Positions 41,866 through 56,024 of a stretch of DNA of 64,000 bases are shown here, in pieces. Source of the stretch: Eledone cirrhosa (lineage: Eukaryota); assembly GCA_964016885.1 (NCBI GenBank), contig OZ024745.1, positions 55,800,001 through 55,864,000 on the forward strand, given 5' to 3'. Under the pieces are notes generated by a model. That model did not search any database, had not been told where the DNA came from, and saw only the letters and a list, made by a program, of their open reading frames with translations. How positions within the stretch are numbered: position 1 is the stretch's first letter; every line of letters starts with the position of its first letter. A program made the position numbers and the translations under genes.

Positions 41866-44800
41866 TCTGTGTTTTTGTTTCTTTTTTTATTTGTAATATT
41901 ATTGATACAATAGGGAATAAAATAGATCTACATCGTGTTAACTCGTTACGGTTGAGTCAATAATTTCAGACATGAAATACATTGTTATCGGTGAAGGAAA
42001 GATAAGATTCTAACTGGCTGCGCTCAAAGTGTCCTTGACCCAGATGACTGTGGTTTTTTCATTTTTAGGATCTCAATTACCAGTAAATGTCTAGACACAC
42101 CTGCTCACAGGTGTGGTCAGACTATAGTTATGCTGTCTGCAAGCTCATTCAAATGCATTCACACTGGCTGTCTCAAAGACATACAAATATGGCTTATAAA
42201 ACTTACCAAAGTAAAGTGTCTTCCAGCTCCACATAGCCCCCTCCCCTCAAGCTCCTAACGCGACCTTGCTCCCAAACGGCCCCCTGGAGTTCCGAAACAC
42301 ACCCGGGGGTGCATATACCCCAACCCCCACCCCCGTTGAGACCCTTTGGTCTAAACCACGGTAGCGTGCAAAAATGGACGTTAAACGGTGGCGATGATGG
42401 TGATGATATATATATGTATATATATATATATAGACATACATAGAAATCACCTCTATTTGACTATAACTGTTTCATTCGTATGAAATAATTATTTACAAAA
42501 TGGACATTCCTGATTATAATCATCAATGTCCCTTTTGTAAAGGGCCAGGTTCAGTATGTAGATTCCTGAGTTATGTCGAGGGAAAACCCAGTTTAAAAAC
42601 AAATACTAAACAGAAGATGAGCCACTGTTTGATATTTCCACTGTGATCTACATTGGAAATACGGAAGTCATTGATAATGTTGGATTATTTCCAACGGAGA
42701 TTCCAGAGACACTCCTATGATGCTACCTTTCGGGTACCTATATAAATAATTTCAAATATTTTATATGGCCATGGAAAGGATAGATTTAGAGAGTACATAA
42801 TACGAACATTCATTCAGTAATCTGTTTCTTCCACGTTTAGACCTGAATCCTGACAAACATTAATTATGAAGAAACCTATTTGAGAAGTCCGCATTTATAT
42901 AACTCTAGACGGTTGGGATTATTATATTTAAGAACAGCAAATTATAGAACAATCGCAATATGTGTTCAGATAAATATGATATATTCTAGAAATTGCTGCA
43001 GACCTTTATAATAGGTTTCTATCAAATTAAGGATATAATAAGGAGTTATTTCACACGGTATATCACCATAGGAAACAAAAACAGAAAGAAAATCTTAACA
43101 ATAGTATATCCAATTGAACTGATTCTAAAAGCATAATTGAGGAATTAAATACTTTCCTTGACAATGGATTCAGATATTGGAGAATTCCTTGACAGAAAAA
43201 AAGATGGTGGTCATGATTGGATTGAATATTGTAATTGGGATGCAGATTCAAAATAATCCTTACAACAGCAGTCGATTCAGACTCAGTAATAGTCTTCCTA
43301 ATGCAACTCCCCAATAATTAACCTGGGAATTCTTGGTACTCCACTAATATACGAAATAAATTCTTGACGTTCTGTATAGAAGATTGTATATAATGCGCAA
43401 CAAATAAGTGACTCATATGTTATCCATGTTGCACAAACTTCCAGGATTGCGTCACTACTTTCCTGCAATATAACTAAGATGATAAAAGTTACTCAAAATC
43501 TATTATTATATGTTAACGTGGTATGTATACATTATCCTTTTCTTGATTTTAATCGACACTTCATTTAAGCATTAAGCATTCAAGTATAGATTACGATAAA
43601 TAGATAATTGAACATCCATTATTATACTTGTGGACATCACGAAGAAATTATACGCTAGAATTGAAAACTCAGATTCAAGGAAACTGTATTTAGACATCAT
43701 AATTTAATGCAGCCTTCAATTAACAGTTCAATTGGTAATTATTCTATTAAATAGTGTGTAATTGTGCTTTTAGTGAAATAATCGTTTTTTTGTTTGTTTT
43801 TTGTTTTTTTCTAAATGGATAAAGAATAGAACGCAAAAATTATTTTATTACTACACTAGAAGCAACCACACTTGTTTTTAGTTCATTTATTTTCCTTTTA
43901 AATTACACGAAATCTGTAATTAGTTCAATCCAGTGAAGTGGCTGAGAAAAACAAATAAAGAGAAATACAATTCCACCATATTTGCAAAGTGATAACGATT
44001 ACTCTTTCTAAAACAATTGAAATAGTTAGCAAATGTTAAAGAAAATTTTATTGTGATTGGTGTTGAAGGATGCAAAATCAATTTAAGAGCAAATGAAGAG
44101 GAATGTTCACGAATGTTGAAATAAAGAAACCAAAAACTCTGATTATATTTAAGTTTTAAACATCATGGTATAACGAAAGACACTGTAGGGTTTCAACTTT
44201 ACCTCATGAATCATCATAAACTTGATCTTACACAAACTTGCCTTTATATAACAACACAATGAGGGTTTAAGTGTCATTATATTTAGAACACTAGTCAGTT
44301 AATGAGCCAAAGGGTTAGGATTCGGTATATGCTTCATTTTCAATTGCATAGTATATGTCCAAATGGTGCTTATGGAAGGATAGAAGCAAACAGATTTCAT
44401 AAACTTTAATGAAGGGTGCTTGTTAGTCATCAATATTTCTATTACACTATTGCACACTAAGTTGTAATGTGAACAAATTCGATTGTTACACTTCACTGTC
44501 GATTGTAGCGTTTGTAGTTTGAAGATAATTACGAATGGTTTGATTCTAATGTCCAATAAAGTTCATGTTTATGTTCAATAAATTCACATTCAATTTCGAT
44601 TTTATTAGAAATATTCTTACAAATATTCAAACAAATATACCACAATTGCAATGCAGTTTGAAGGTATACATAATTGCCTGACCAGCAAGGAATATCATGA
44701 TGTATATAAATAAAAAAACATAATATTACAAATATTTTGATTATGAAGAGTGGAAAACATACAATCATAGATTTTTTCCTAAATAAATAAAATATATATA

Positions 44801-47546
44801 TATATACGTGTGTGAATTATAGGTTAATGTCAACGCATTAGTGACACTGTTCTACATTAACCTACATGTCACATGTTTCGATGCCTTTCACGTCTGATGT
44901 TTGCAAACATTAACCCTTGTTAGTTTTATAGAATACAAAAACGTTAGCGCAAGTATCGACTAGAATAAACTTCATCAAGGAGGAACCTTGTACAAGATCG
45001 ACTCGCCAGCTAGAAATTGCTAACAGATCTCCCTCTAATCTCATCCTATAATGTCAAACACTCTATTCATTATATCATAAAGTTGTCTAAATGGATTTAG
45101 CATGGGCTTCATTGAACCAAAGTAGATGTTATAAGGGTTTATATTAGGTTAACCAGCTAGAATAAAATTATTTGAAAAATATATTTATGTAGAATATATT
45201 AAAGAGGAATGCTTATTTTATTGAACAGAACAAAAACATTTTCGACAGAAAATAGTGAAGAAATTGATAATTGTGAAAGCAGATTTACTGTCATAAATTG
45301 CTATAAAATGTAATATATCCGGTAGAAAAAAAAGGTATAAATCAATCAAAATTAAAACGATAATTGAAAACAATTAGCAGTTAAACATATTAATATCCAG
45401 CTTGACATAATATTCATTTCAACCTTTGATTTTTTCTTATGTGCGTACCTTTTGTAAATGGTGCTTTATGTTGCAAGCAACGGCGATCTGTGAAATGTAA
45501 TAATGACACTGGCGAATTTTGAACTCTAACTTCGTTCTCTCCAGCACGCTAAAGTGACTTAATAGAGATTTCTGATATGACAGATATGTTGAGAAAGGAA
45601 AGGTTGATGGCATAACCCAATACAGTAACGAAAACCCCATGTAACTCTAAAAACACCAATGTTAAGATAAACAGGATTAAAAAAAAACAACATAAGTTTA
45701 CAAATGAACTAATTAAGCTATATTGTTAACAGATCGGCTAAGAGTATTATGCCAGTCGACGCACATAGTTATCTCTTAACCTGCGTAGAAGAACGCAATC
45801 CACTATCTCTATTAAAATAAAACACCTCCATTTCCTTTATTTAAAATAAAGGTTATCCTAACCCCAAAATATCATGAAATATATGATACAGTCTAAACAT
45901 TATTTTTGTTTATCACAACTTACTATCGATATCCTTATTTCATTCCTAACATTCATGGAGGAGACACTCCCGAAATAATTCCATACGCTGTTAATGTGTA
46001 ATAAATTCAAACATACTCGTTGTTTAACTAGTTGGAAAAAATATACAATTCACTCACACGGACTTCATATTCATAAACATTCCACTTTAGTGATATTCCA
46101 TATTAACCAGAATCCCTTCGCTATTGTTTTTATTTTAAACAGCTATTAGTCGTTGGGAGAGTCTCACTGAACATATTATTTAACTGATTACATTAAATTA
46201 GTCCATCTAGAACCTTAAGGTGTTTCGTAGTTGTAATTCTACCAGTACCCTTACACTGTATACTTGAAACTTGTTTGACTTTTATTTGTTTTTCTTTTTA
46301 TCAAACCACGTTCATATTTTTATTTGTTGTTGTTGTTCTTCTTCTTCTTGTAGTTGTCATCTTAATTCATCCCCGAGACAGACAAGATCAAAAAGACTGA
46401 TGATCAGAAATATTCCAGGGTTGTCTTATGCGCTGTTGACTAGATTACGAAGTTGAGAATTTGATATGAGGGAAATTGGCTGCATTTGGAAAGATTGAAT
46501 ATAAATGTTGCTAACTGGGGCTCACTCCCTAGGAAATTAATCTCCTTATATATGGTGTATCAACAAAGCTAAAAAAAAACTAGGCACTTTGAAATGTGGT
46601 ATTTATCTAAGTTGCCTTTTATAGAGAATTAAAATGTCCAATGTCTTTTTCTTTTTTTTGTTTCCTTCTGCATTCCGTAATATATATGCCACTGGTTATC
46701 GATTAAAAACGATTGTGCTATCAAAAGAATTTTGATTGTAAGTACCATTCTTACAATTACTGTTTCTCGTGGATTATTTAATTACTTCTATAGCAATATA
46801 CCTTCTAACCCAGAATCGTGGAGGAAGTCATCCTCTGATCAGGCCACACATATCAAATGTATAAAAATCATGTTATCTGATTTTCTCTGTACAGAATAAG
46901 ATTTGAATATTTTTAGAAAAAGGTACGCGGAAAATCGAAAATGAAAAAACAAACAAACACCTGATTGGTTCCCGCTTGTTTGGAATAAAAGAGGAGTTGT
47001 CAGCAACGTATCCGGTGTTAGTCATACATTGGTAAAGAAAAGACGATGTGAGAACACGTTTTATAATTTACCGATTCTGAAAATATTAATAATAATTCCT
47101 GATCTAGATACAAATTTCACCATTTCATGTAAGGAAGGGCATGTTTATATGAGACAGGTATTTTACATGTACGTGTTTTATCGAACGCATAAACACATGA
47201 ATTTGTCCTTGACACGATCATTTCCAGACAGAATATTCAGGAATTGTATTCAACAGAGAGATACATAGAAAGCGATATCAGTCGATATGAAATATTGTTC
47301 CAAACCTAGTTTCAGAGACATACACTATAGTTTAGTCTCTATTATAAAAAGCATGGGAATTACTGCTTTTCTTACTTTCCATTAATATTCGCGCTAATGG
47401 GACGAAGCAGAACACATCGCACATCGCACAGACACATAAAAACATAATAGCATTAGATAATTATGATATATAATATATAAACACATGCAAAGAGACACAG
47501 ACACACATACAGCCAAATGTGTTCACATATATATATATATTATATA

Positions 47547-47652
<106 letters not shown>

Positions 47653-48441
47653 TTGTAAAGAGATTATAGAAAATATTACATTTAAATGTCTTGGCATAAT
47701 AAAAAAATAACGAGAAAAAGAAAACTACCTGAAACGTTTGCCAAAACATCCGGTGAAATCACAGACAATTAATTGCTTAAAAATCTATACAACACGTTAC
47801 ATGTTTACGGAGAATTCTAACTTATATTTGGCAGTTTTCAAGAAAACTCTGTCGTATTTGGTTCATTGCCCAACTGTTCTTTACAATTTTCAAAAACAAG
47901 TTTATAAATTGAACATTTTATGCTTTGTTTTCATTTAGTTGAGATTTTTCAAAACATTAAGTATGTTTAGGAAAATGTGGAATTTATTAACTTCACCTAG
48001 AAAATCACATTTCCCTCAATAATTATTTCATACATATAACTGAACACACGGTTCTACGTCAAATAGAGACTGTGAGGAAGAGACATTCATGATTTTCTTT
48101 GGATTTTGTTTTGCAGGAAAATACATTGTCAGAGATTAAATTCTGAATTTATTCCTTTGATGAAACGAATAGATGTATGCATACGTATATATACGTATAA
48201 ATATATTAGTCAACGGCACATGGAAAACAGGACCTCAACCACCGATTGTAAGACTCGTAACAACCCTCTTTCGAAGCTTATCGTCGCAGCGGAGGTATAA
48301 CTGTATGAGTAGATTGTAAGGATCAGCAACTATCAAACAGAAAAACTACAAAGGCTATAAAGTATATGAGTATCTTTCAACAAAAGAAAACAATATAGGT
48401 TCAAGAAAACAATATATATATATAGAAAGTTGCTAGAAGCC

Positions 48442-48472
<31 letters not shown>

Positions 48473-49103
48473 CCACCACACCCCCACACCCACCCCACAC
48501 CCCACACCCCACCCAGAAAATCGATGTAACAAAATCATTGGGAACAAAGCATATAAATTGTTTGAAATGTAGATAAAACGTACATTTGTGAAGGCGGCGA
48601 AACATTGAAGCAAAAATAGTACAATACGTTTTTACGAGCAGATAATAGGAATAGAATGTAAAGAGAAAAACTGGTAATCAGTTTTTTGTAACTACATTTC
48701 TATTTGGTCAAATCATTCAATAATATTTGGAATCACATTTGAGTTTCTGTATACGAGCAAATTTACAGGTTAATCTGCTTGTAGTCCCAGAGGACGGAAT
48801 GGAGAAAGCTTTACCCCGAAGAAGAAGAGGGAGACGCATTTGAATATACATTCCAAATCCCGGGGTCGCTTGGACGGTCAGCCAACTCCACCATGAGAGT
48901 ATTGAGTAGGAATATGGTCTGGGTCCCAAGAACGCTGAAAGTCTTGGCGGCCACTGGCACGACGACAAACATATTAAGCGACATTTGTCCTCTATGTCCT
49001 AATGGGCAGCGACACCTGGGTTAGTCGTCAAATGAAGAATATTGCCGTTGGAGAATGTGTTACCTATCTAACACCACACGGAACTGGACGTTTATCGCCC
49101 CCT

Positions 49104-49174
<71 letters not shown>

Positions 49175-49175
<1 letters not shown>

Positions 49176-49310
49176 AGCAGCTTTTCTTTGCTTAACCTTT
49201 AATCTGTTATTTTAATAAATATTTGCTCTACGGTTCTTATATATTTGATATATATTTATCCTTATCGAGCCCTCTTTGGATTTTAGTCTTCAAATTTATT
49301 ATTATTACTA
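49175..49310 (+). mobile_element. PLE tail fragment (18240-20512 family)
   Basis: Matches 37335-37470 and reverse complement of 55851-55950. Confidence 0.75.
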
Positions 49311-50390
49311 TATATATATATATCCCAATGCTGGCTTGTATGATAATTGATTACTATGAATTATAGTTGAAAAAACCGGATAAGGTATCCATGCAGACAA
49401 AATCGCGCTAGCATCTATCTGATGCCAGGAGACTGCATTAAATCGTACGCTAATGATGCCTGTCAATTATTATAATGTTTTTTAGGTTTCAGACTATAGT
49501 TAAAATCAATTTTGTTTCTATCCCAGAGCTTAAAGGAAAATTAAACTGGGTACCTGAGCACATATCAACAGCAAATAAAGAACGTGTCTATTGTAAGGTA
49601 AGCCGCACCTTTATGAGATATTTGATCGGCGTTGTAATGTATGGACAAACAAAACCAATCGAATTTTACGAACCATAACTACGTGCTTGTGGGAATCTTT
49701 TTCGTTCCTTGAACCGACGTTTCTAAATTTACAAATTCCTACGAATTCATAAGCCACACAAAATGTTTCGAAAGATTTGATATCTATCTTTAAATCTAGA
49801 ATAACTAATAAATAGAAAATGATGGTGTCTTGTAAATTCATAGAGCATATCATGCAATGCATTACTTTAATCGTAAACACCACTGCATAGCTGTTGTAAA
49901 ACATATTAACAGTAACTAGGTTTCTTCGTATTTTAGTAAACAGAAACAGCATGTGTAGGCATTGTACTGTGTAGCTTACTTAAAGAAGACATCATATTAA
50001 TTGAATGATTGATGAGATTTTACTTACAATTTAATCTGGAAATGTGTAATTAATAAGCCAACTCACAGAAAAATACTGATATTTACGTACTATGAATATA
50101 TCACGCAATTATTATATTGCGTGTTGTACATTAATTATATGCGATGTATATGCTTTCATTTGAAACGATGTGCAGTACCCTATATTGAGGCATTATGCTA
50201 GGAATATCATATTTTGTATATTCTTGGCAGCATACTTTCAAACAATCTTCCTTTATCCTTCAAACCTAATGATCAGATTGAGTATGATTTACTGTTCTAC
50301 ACAATTATTAATAGTAATATAGCGGATGAGGTGTTGCACCTGTTACAATAAAAGAAATAGCTATTTACTATTTTACTTTTTCAGATAAAT

Positions 50391-50480
<90 letters not shown>

Positions 50481-50561
50481 CGCGCGTGTGTGTGTGTGTG
50501 TGTGTATGCATACATATATACAAATATACACACACGCACACACACACATATATATATATAT

Positions 50562-51176
50562 AGGAAAATGTTTAACCCCGACAGCAGAGCTCAAGCCGTT
50601 TCGACGGCTATTTCTGGACTCAATTTTTAGAGTGGTAATAAATAGCCGAACTTTTCAAGGGGTAATTCCTTATATGGGAAGATTGTAGTTGTCAAAAGGA
50701 TTGGTCAAAATTTCTTGTAAACACAATACCAGCTAAAAATATAGCAGCTGCTTTAAACTCTAGAGATTTTTTATTAATTTTTGGTATTTAATTTTTTTAA
50801 TTATTTTTATTTATTATCTTTTAATCTCAGTTTATTAAACATTTAATTTCATAACGTCCCACTCTCAGACTTTTCGCCTGCTTTCTACCTAGCCTAATTT
50901 CATACACACTCCTTAAAATTTGCTGACCGGCTCCACCGACTCCCTCATTGTTCTACAGGCAAGTTCAGCCACCCACACCTTCCACCCACTGCCATGAATA
51001 TTTAATTGTGTTTAGAAGAAATGTTGACCAATTCTTTTGACAACTATAATCTTCCCATATAAGGAGTTGCTCCTTGAAAAGTTCGGCTATTTATTACCAC
51101 GTTAAAAATTCTAATTAAGTCCAGAAATAGCTGTCGAAACGGCTTGAGCTCTGCCGTGTGACCACACTTCCTTTGT

Positions 51177-51178
<2 letters not shown>
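50562..51178 (+). mobile_element. Fold-back copy of the 26095 family with a spacer of about 280 bp
   Basis: Arms about 50580-50725 / 51005-51157. Confidence 0.8.
50575..50665 (-). ncRNA. Hammerhead ribozyme with U3-A8 core
   Basis: ACCCC-TTGAAAA-GTTCGGCTA...TAGCCGTC-GAAACGGC-TTGAGCTCT-GCTGTC-GGGGT; GUC cleavage site. Confidence 0.7.
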
Positions 51179-51233
<55 letters not shown>

Positions 51234-54200
51234 ACATTCATATATAGATTCACATTCATACATCTATCCATTCATTTATACGTATATACATGCATGCATA
51301 CATACATTCATATATACATACATACATCAATCCATACATCTATACATACATACGTATATCCAAACATATATGATGTTTGTTTCATCTTGTCAAATGAAAA
51401 TCGTTTCAACATTATCTCATTCATTGCATAGAGTTGAAGTTTCAATCCACCAACTAAAAGAAAAACGAAGACCCATAGGCGCAGCAGGTTCCTATAAATC
51501 TCCAACACCAGCACATGTGTTTCGGGGCGTAACTGCTCCAGCCTATACAAAATCTCCTGTGTCGACGAAACTAAGAAAGTGGCAGTATTCCATTAGCATA
51601 AATTTGCGTGGCACACCAACATCTGCAGCAAGAGGGTTTCAAGAATTCTGAGTCCTGGCTTGCATCGATTGGGGAGATAGAGCAAACTAGAAAATTGCAA
51701 AAGGGACGTCAGTAGCCATGTATTATAGTGACTATTATCTGATAACAAGCCTAAGCAAGATCACCAATAATAATTTTAAGCACGTTTCACTTCATAATTT
51801 CCCCTCTCTTAGAAAAAATGCCGGAACAGTAGCTCAAGGCCCCTACACCCAGGTTTGGTGTCAGAGCTTTCAGTTACTTCTCGTGAAATAACGGGAAGCT
51901 CTGACACCAGCCAATGTATGACTGATTTCCTGCGCACAAAAGTGTTGTCTTATTTATGATTAACGAGTTCCATCTATTGCAGTTTTAAATTCAGTGCGGA
52001 CAATCTCCTATGCGGTATACTTCTCAAGGCTGAACAGTAATGTCGACTCGGTGTCAAGCATAACCAGCTTTTGCGCTGTCTTGATTTTATTTCATATAAA
52101 GATTTACACCCTCCCTCATATGAATTCTTAGCACCAATAAAATGTACAGCAAAGGCGCTACCTCTTAGGTACAAAACACTTTAACGTAAGAGCCAAAAAC
52201 ACGTACGTCCACGGAATCGACAAACTACTTTCGCAGATACTACACATTCCATATTTATTCCTACGCCAGTAAAGGATGATTGAAGTGGCGGTAATTCATG
52301 ACCTTAGGTTTAAGGTATGTTTAACATCTTTTCTCCGCATGAGCAGATACACACACAATCATATATATATATATACAGAGAGAGAGGAAGAAAGAATGAA
52401 GGGGAGAAAGATAAGATAGATAGATAGAGAGAGAGAGAGGGCGAGAGAGGGAGAGAGAAAATATTGGCTTTATTACCGCTGGGATAGTACTTATCTTGAA
52501 TGTGTAGAGAACAAGTATTTATGTATTGTTCGTATCCATGCATCAGCTTCAATGTGTGTATATAGAACGAAAGTAGGGTCTACTGAATGTGTGAAATGCA
52601 AGAAGGTGTAATTGATGAGGGTTACTAAATTCAGCTGTGTAAACATTTCAATAATGTTCTCTTTTATGTATATTTTCATATAAATGAGATGAATTTATTC
52701 TACAGATGAGGCTTTTCTTGTAGGCAAATGTTCAATGTACTGGTATAAATTCGCCGATCAATTTTATTTGGAAACAACTACAACAGCTAAATATAAATGA
52801 ATTTCCCTACACCGTGATACAATGGTATTTCTAATAAAATTTCAATTAAGGGATTAGTCCGACATATCTGAGTCAACGAGGCAGCCTCATGGCTTGACAC
52901 ATCAGTTAAAATTTCCGCAAGCCATTCCTACTATAGTCCTAAAAATGTTACAGCCAAATGAAATGACAAGTTGTATATGGGTACAATGCCTTTCATCATA
53001 CGTCACCTCATTCTGGTTATACAACAGATATATCGATCAGGATTAGTTTGTCATTTAATCGAAATACCACGGATGTGTTTCGATAGAGGTGACTGAGGTT
53101 TTCAATTTGCAAAAGTCAGCATTCGAAATTTTTCGAACGTAAAGCACTGGTAACACATAAATTAAAGGAATTAATGTATCTCTGTAATATTTATGGTCAT
53201 GTTTCTCTCAATCAAGAATAACACAACTGTAACAATCCTTCGAATTCAAAAGTAAATGGCAGTTGTCCATTTTAGATATGTATTGAATACATAAGACAGT
53301 GGATATTCGCAATCGGACGAACAAACATGCTTCGGCGATGACAGTTAAATTGTAAAAACATGAAGGATCAACTCAGCCGTTGCAATGAATGAAATGATCA
53401 GCATATTGAGACAAACATACGAATAATTCCTCTCGGACTAACAGTAATTCATGTAGAAAGTTTTGAAGAAAATTTCAAATGCGTTTTATTCGCTATTACT
53501 AGAATTGCTACTGAAGTAGGTTGTAGTAATGGCAACAATGCGTTTTTATTATTTAAGCTTATAGCAATAAATAATAAAGAAAGAAATAAAGCATTATTTA
53601 AGCTTATAGCTGCTGCTTTCGTATAACATAGATCGTGATTTGAAATATATGTGTAAAATTAAAATGTGAAATCTGTAAAATGTTTAAGTAATGTGAGTGT
53701 ATATGTAATAAATATACAAGAGTCTCGTTATGAATGTTTTATGGAGTGATAATATATCAGCTAGCTTTGTAGCTGTTGAGATTGTTTCTGTTGTTTTTAT
53801 CCGTCATCGGTGAGATTTATTTACTTGATACTAAGACAAGAATAGTCTAAATCGTATATGCTTTTGCGACGGGAAATAATCAATTTCATATAGTGCGATC
53901 TTAAAGTGCTACGATAAGTTGTGGTAGTACTAACATATCTGGTTCATAATAAGGTGAATATGAATACATATAAAATATCTTTATATCTAATAAATAAACT
54001 TACAAAAATATCGATAGGGATATTTTAAGCTGTGATTATATCACAAATATCTAAGTAGCTGGTGAAAATATCACAAATATCTAAGTAGCTGGTGAAAATA
54101 TCAGATACATGCTTTCGGATTTTTATCCGTTGTCGGTTCATTTATTCACACGGTACGCAATGCGGGGGAGAAGACATTCCAATACCGGGGTCTGACCAAC

Positions 54201-54274
54201 CTTTCACTACTTGTACCGATCTCGATCGAGAGACCTAGCATCCTTGGTCCCCGCAATGCTGGTTTTCTCATTAA

Positions 54275-54600
54275 AATCGGAAAGAAGGCGACGCCCTTGA
54301 GGAGCGAATGACATAAGGTTGGATCGATGCAATTGGTGTCTCTGGCCATTCCCTATGGTAAAGCTTTATCTTTTTGTCGGTGGCGCGTGGCTGAGGTACC
54401 GGTAAGTCTGGGGTGTAGCGCCTGCCTCTCCCTTCTCACTTTCTTTTGTTGCTTTACCCTTCTTTCTTTTTCTCCCGTCATTTTCTTTTTTCTTCTTTCT
54501 TTTTTCTTCCCTTTAATTGGAAACTACTGTTTTATGACTTTTCATCATATTGAGAGATTTTGCGTATTAAATAAATATCTTCCAGCATACCATTAAAAAA
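54275..54600 (+). mobile_element. Probable L1/Tx1-like LINE 3' UTR remnant
   Basis: GC-rich block followed by T-rich tract and AATAAA; resembles octopus LINE tails from memory only. Confidence 0.35.
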
Positions 54601-55803
54601 ATTGGCTTTGTGTTCATTAGAGTTTTCTTTTTATTCATTAGAGTTTTCTTTTTATTGTGACTGTGTTTACTATAGTTTACACAGTGGGGCTTATTGTAAT
54701 ATCCACATGCGTCATTAATAGTCTGCATTTTCGAAAAGTAATTCCCAACACATTTCTAACCGCTTTGAGGGGAATTTTACGAGATGCTGTCATTGACAAT
54801 ATTTTGGTGTTTTAACAGCTTCTTTGCGTTTAGTTCTATTCATTATTCTACAAAGTCTAATACACTCGCGCTTCAAACTTGATATTTAGGATAATTTTAT
54901 CTTAAATATATATAGATTCATATATATATATACATATATATATATATACATATATATATATATGAATCTATCTTAAATTGTAGTAAATTAAAAGAGATAG
55001 TATACCTCTGATCTTCAGAGAGGTCTCTTTTTTTCTATTCTTAAAAAATAAGAGTGACAAATCTATATTCTAATCCCGAAACAAAATCAAGCATGTGGTA
55101 CAATTGTCGCATGCATTGAATTTTTGTAAAAACAAATCAAACTAGGTGACGAGAAATATCTTTTGCTAGAAATAGCAGTCAGTTTCATATCGTCGTTCAG
55201 CTCAACAGATATAGGAGCAGTTTATATATATATGTGTGTGTGTGTCTGTGTGTCTGTGTGTGTATGTGTATTTATGTGTGTATGTTTATATATATATTTC
55301 CTAATTTTCCCTGTTTTTACATCCTATCAATGCAGATATTGTGCATCGGAACGAAAACACGACAGCAACAGGTTTTTTAAAAAATCGAAATTGAAACTCA
55401 ACTCATGTACATCTAATGCAAGGTTAAAGCAGTGGTACGTCCCTTTACAATGGGGCGTAATATTTTTCAACAAAAGCTACAAAGATACAAAAAGATCCGT
55501 CCCATGGTTTAGAAAGCACGTAAGAGATAAACAACTCGTGGAGGAAATAATTCAAATATAGAAATATATGAGAAAAAATATATCTAACACAAATCAAAAT
55601 TAACATTCAAGATGCTACTGGTTAGTGCAAAAACTTATTACATAATCATAACTATTCTATGTAATTTTGAATCAGCAATTTTCTTTCCGTTTTGTATTGT
55701 AAATGAGCATGTATATTAGGTGCACCTTCCAATCGTCATTTCTATTTGCTCTCTCTATATATATATATACACATACACACATACATACACACACGCACAC
55801 ACA

Positions 55804-55850
<47 letters not shown>

Positions 55851-55854
<4 letters not shown>

Positions 55855-55954
55855 ATAATAATAAAATTGAAGACTAAAATCCAAAGAGGGCTCGATAAGG
55901 AAAATATATATCAAATATATAAGAACCGTAGAGCAAATATTTATTAAAATATTA

Positions 55955-55955
<1 letters not shown>
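55851..55955 (-). mobile_element. PLE tail fragment (18240-20512 family)
   Basis: Reverse complement of 49207-49310. Confidence 0.75.

Positions 55956-56024
<69 letters not shown>

Larger units (their letters stand above)
39598..42348 (-). mobile_element. hAT (Buster/Charlie-type) DNA transposon relic
   Basis: TIRs CACAGGTTCTCAAC / GTTGAGACCCTTTG; 8-bp TSD TTCTAAAC (39590-39597) / GTCTAAAC (42349-42356). Confidence 0.8.

Noticed and set aside
51430-52150. Possible CR1/L2 LINE remnants (MEYCH-like peptide on minus)
   Set aside because: Similarity too short to support
54037-54100. 30-bp tandem duplication (and 22-bp duplication near 54612)
   Set aside because: Ordinary slippage duplications
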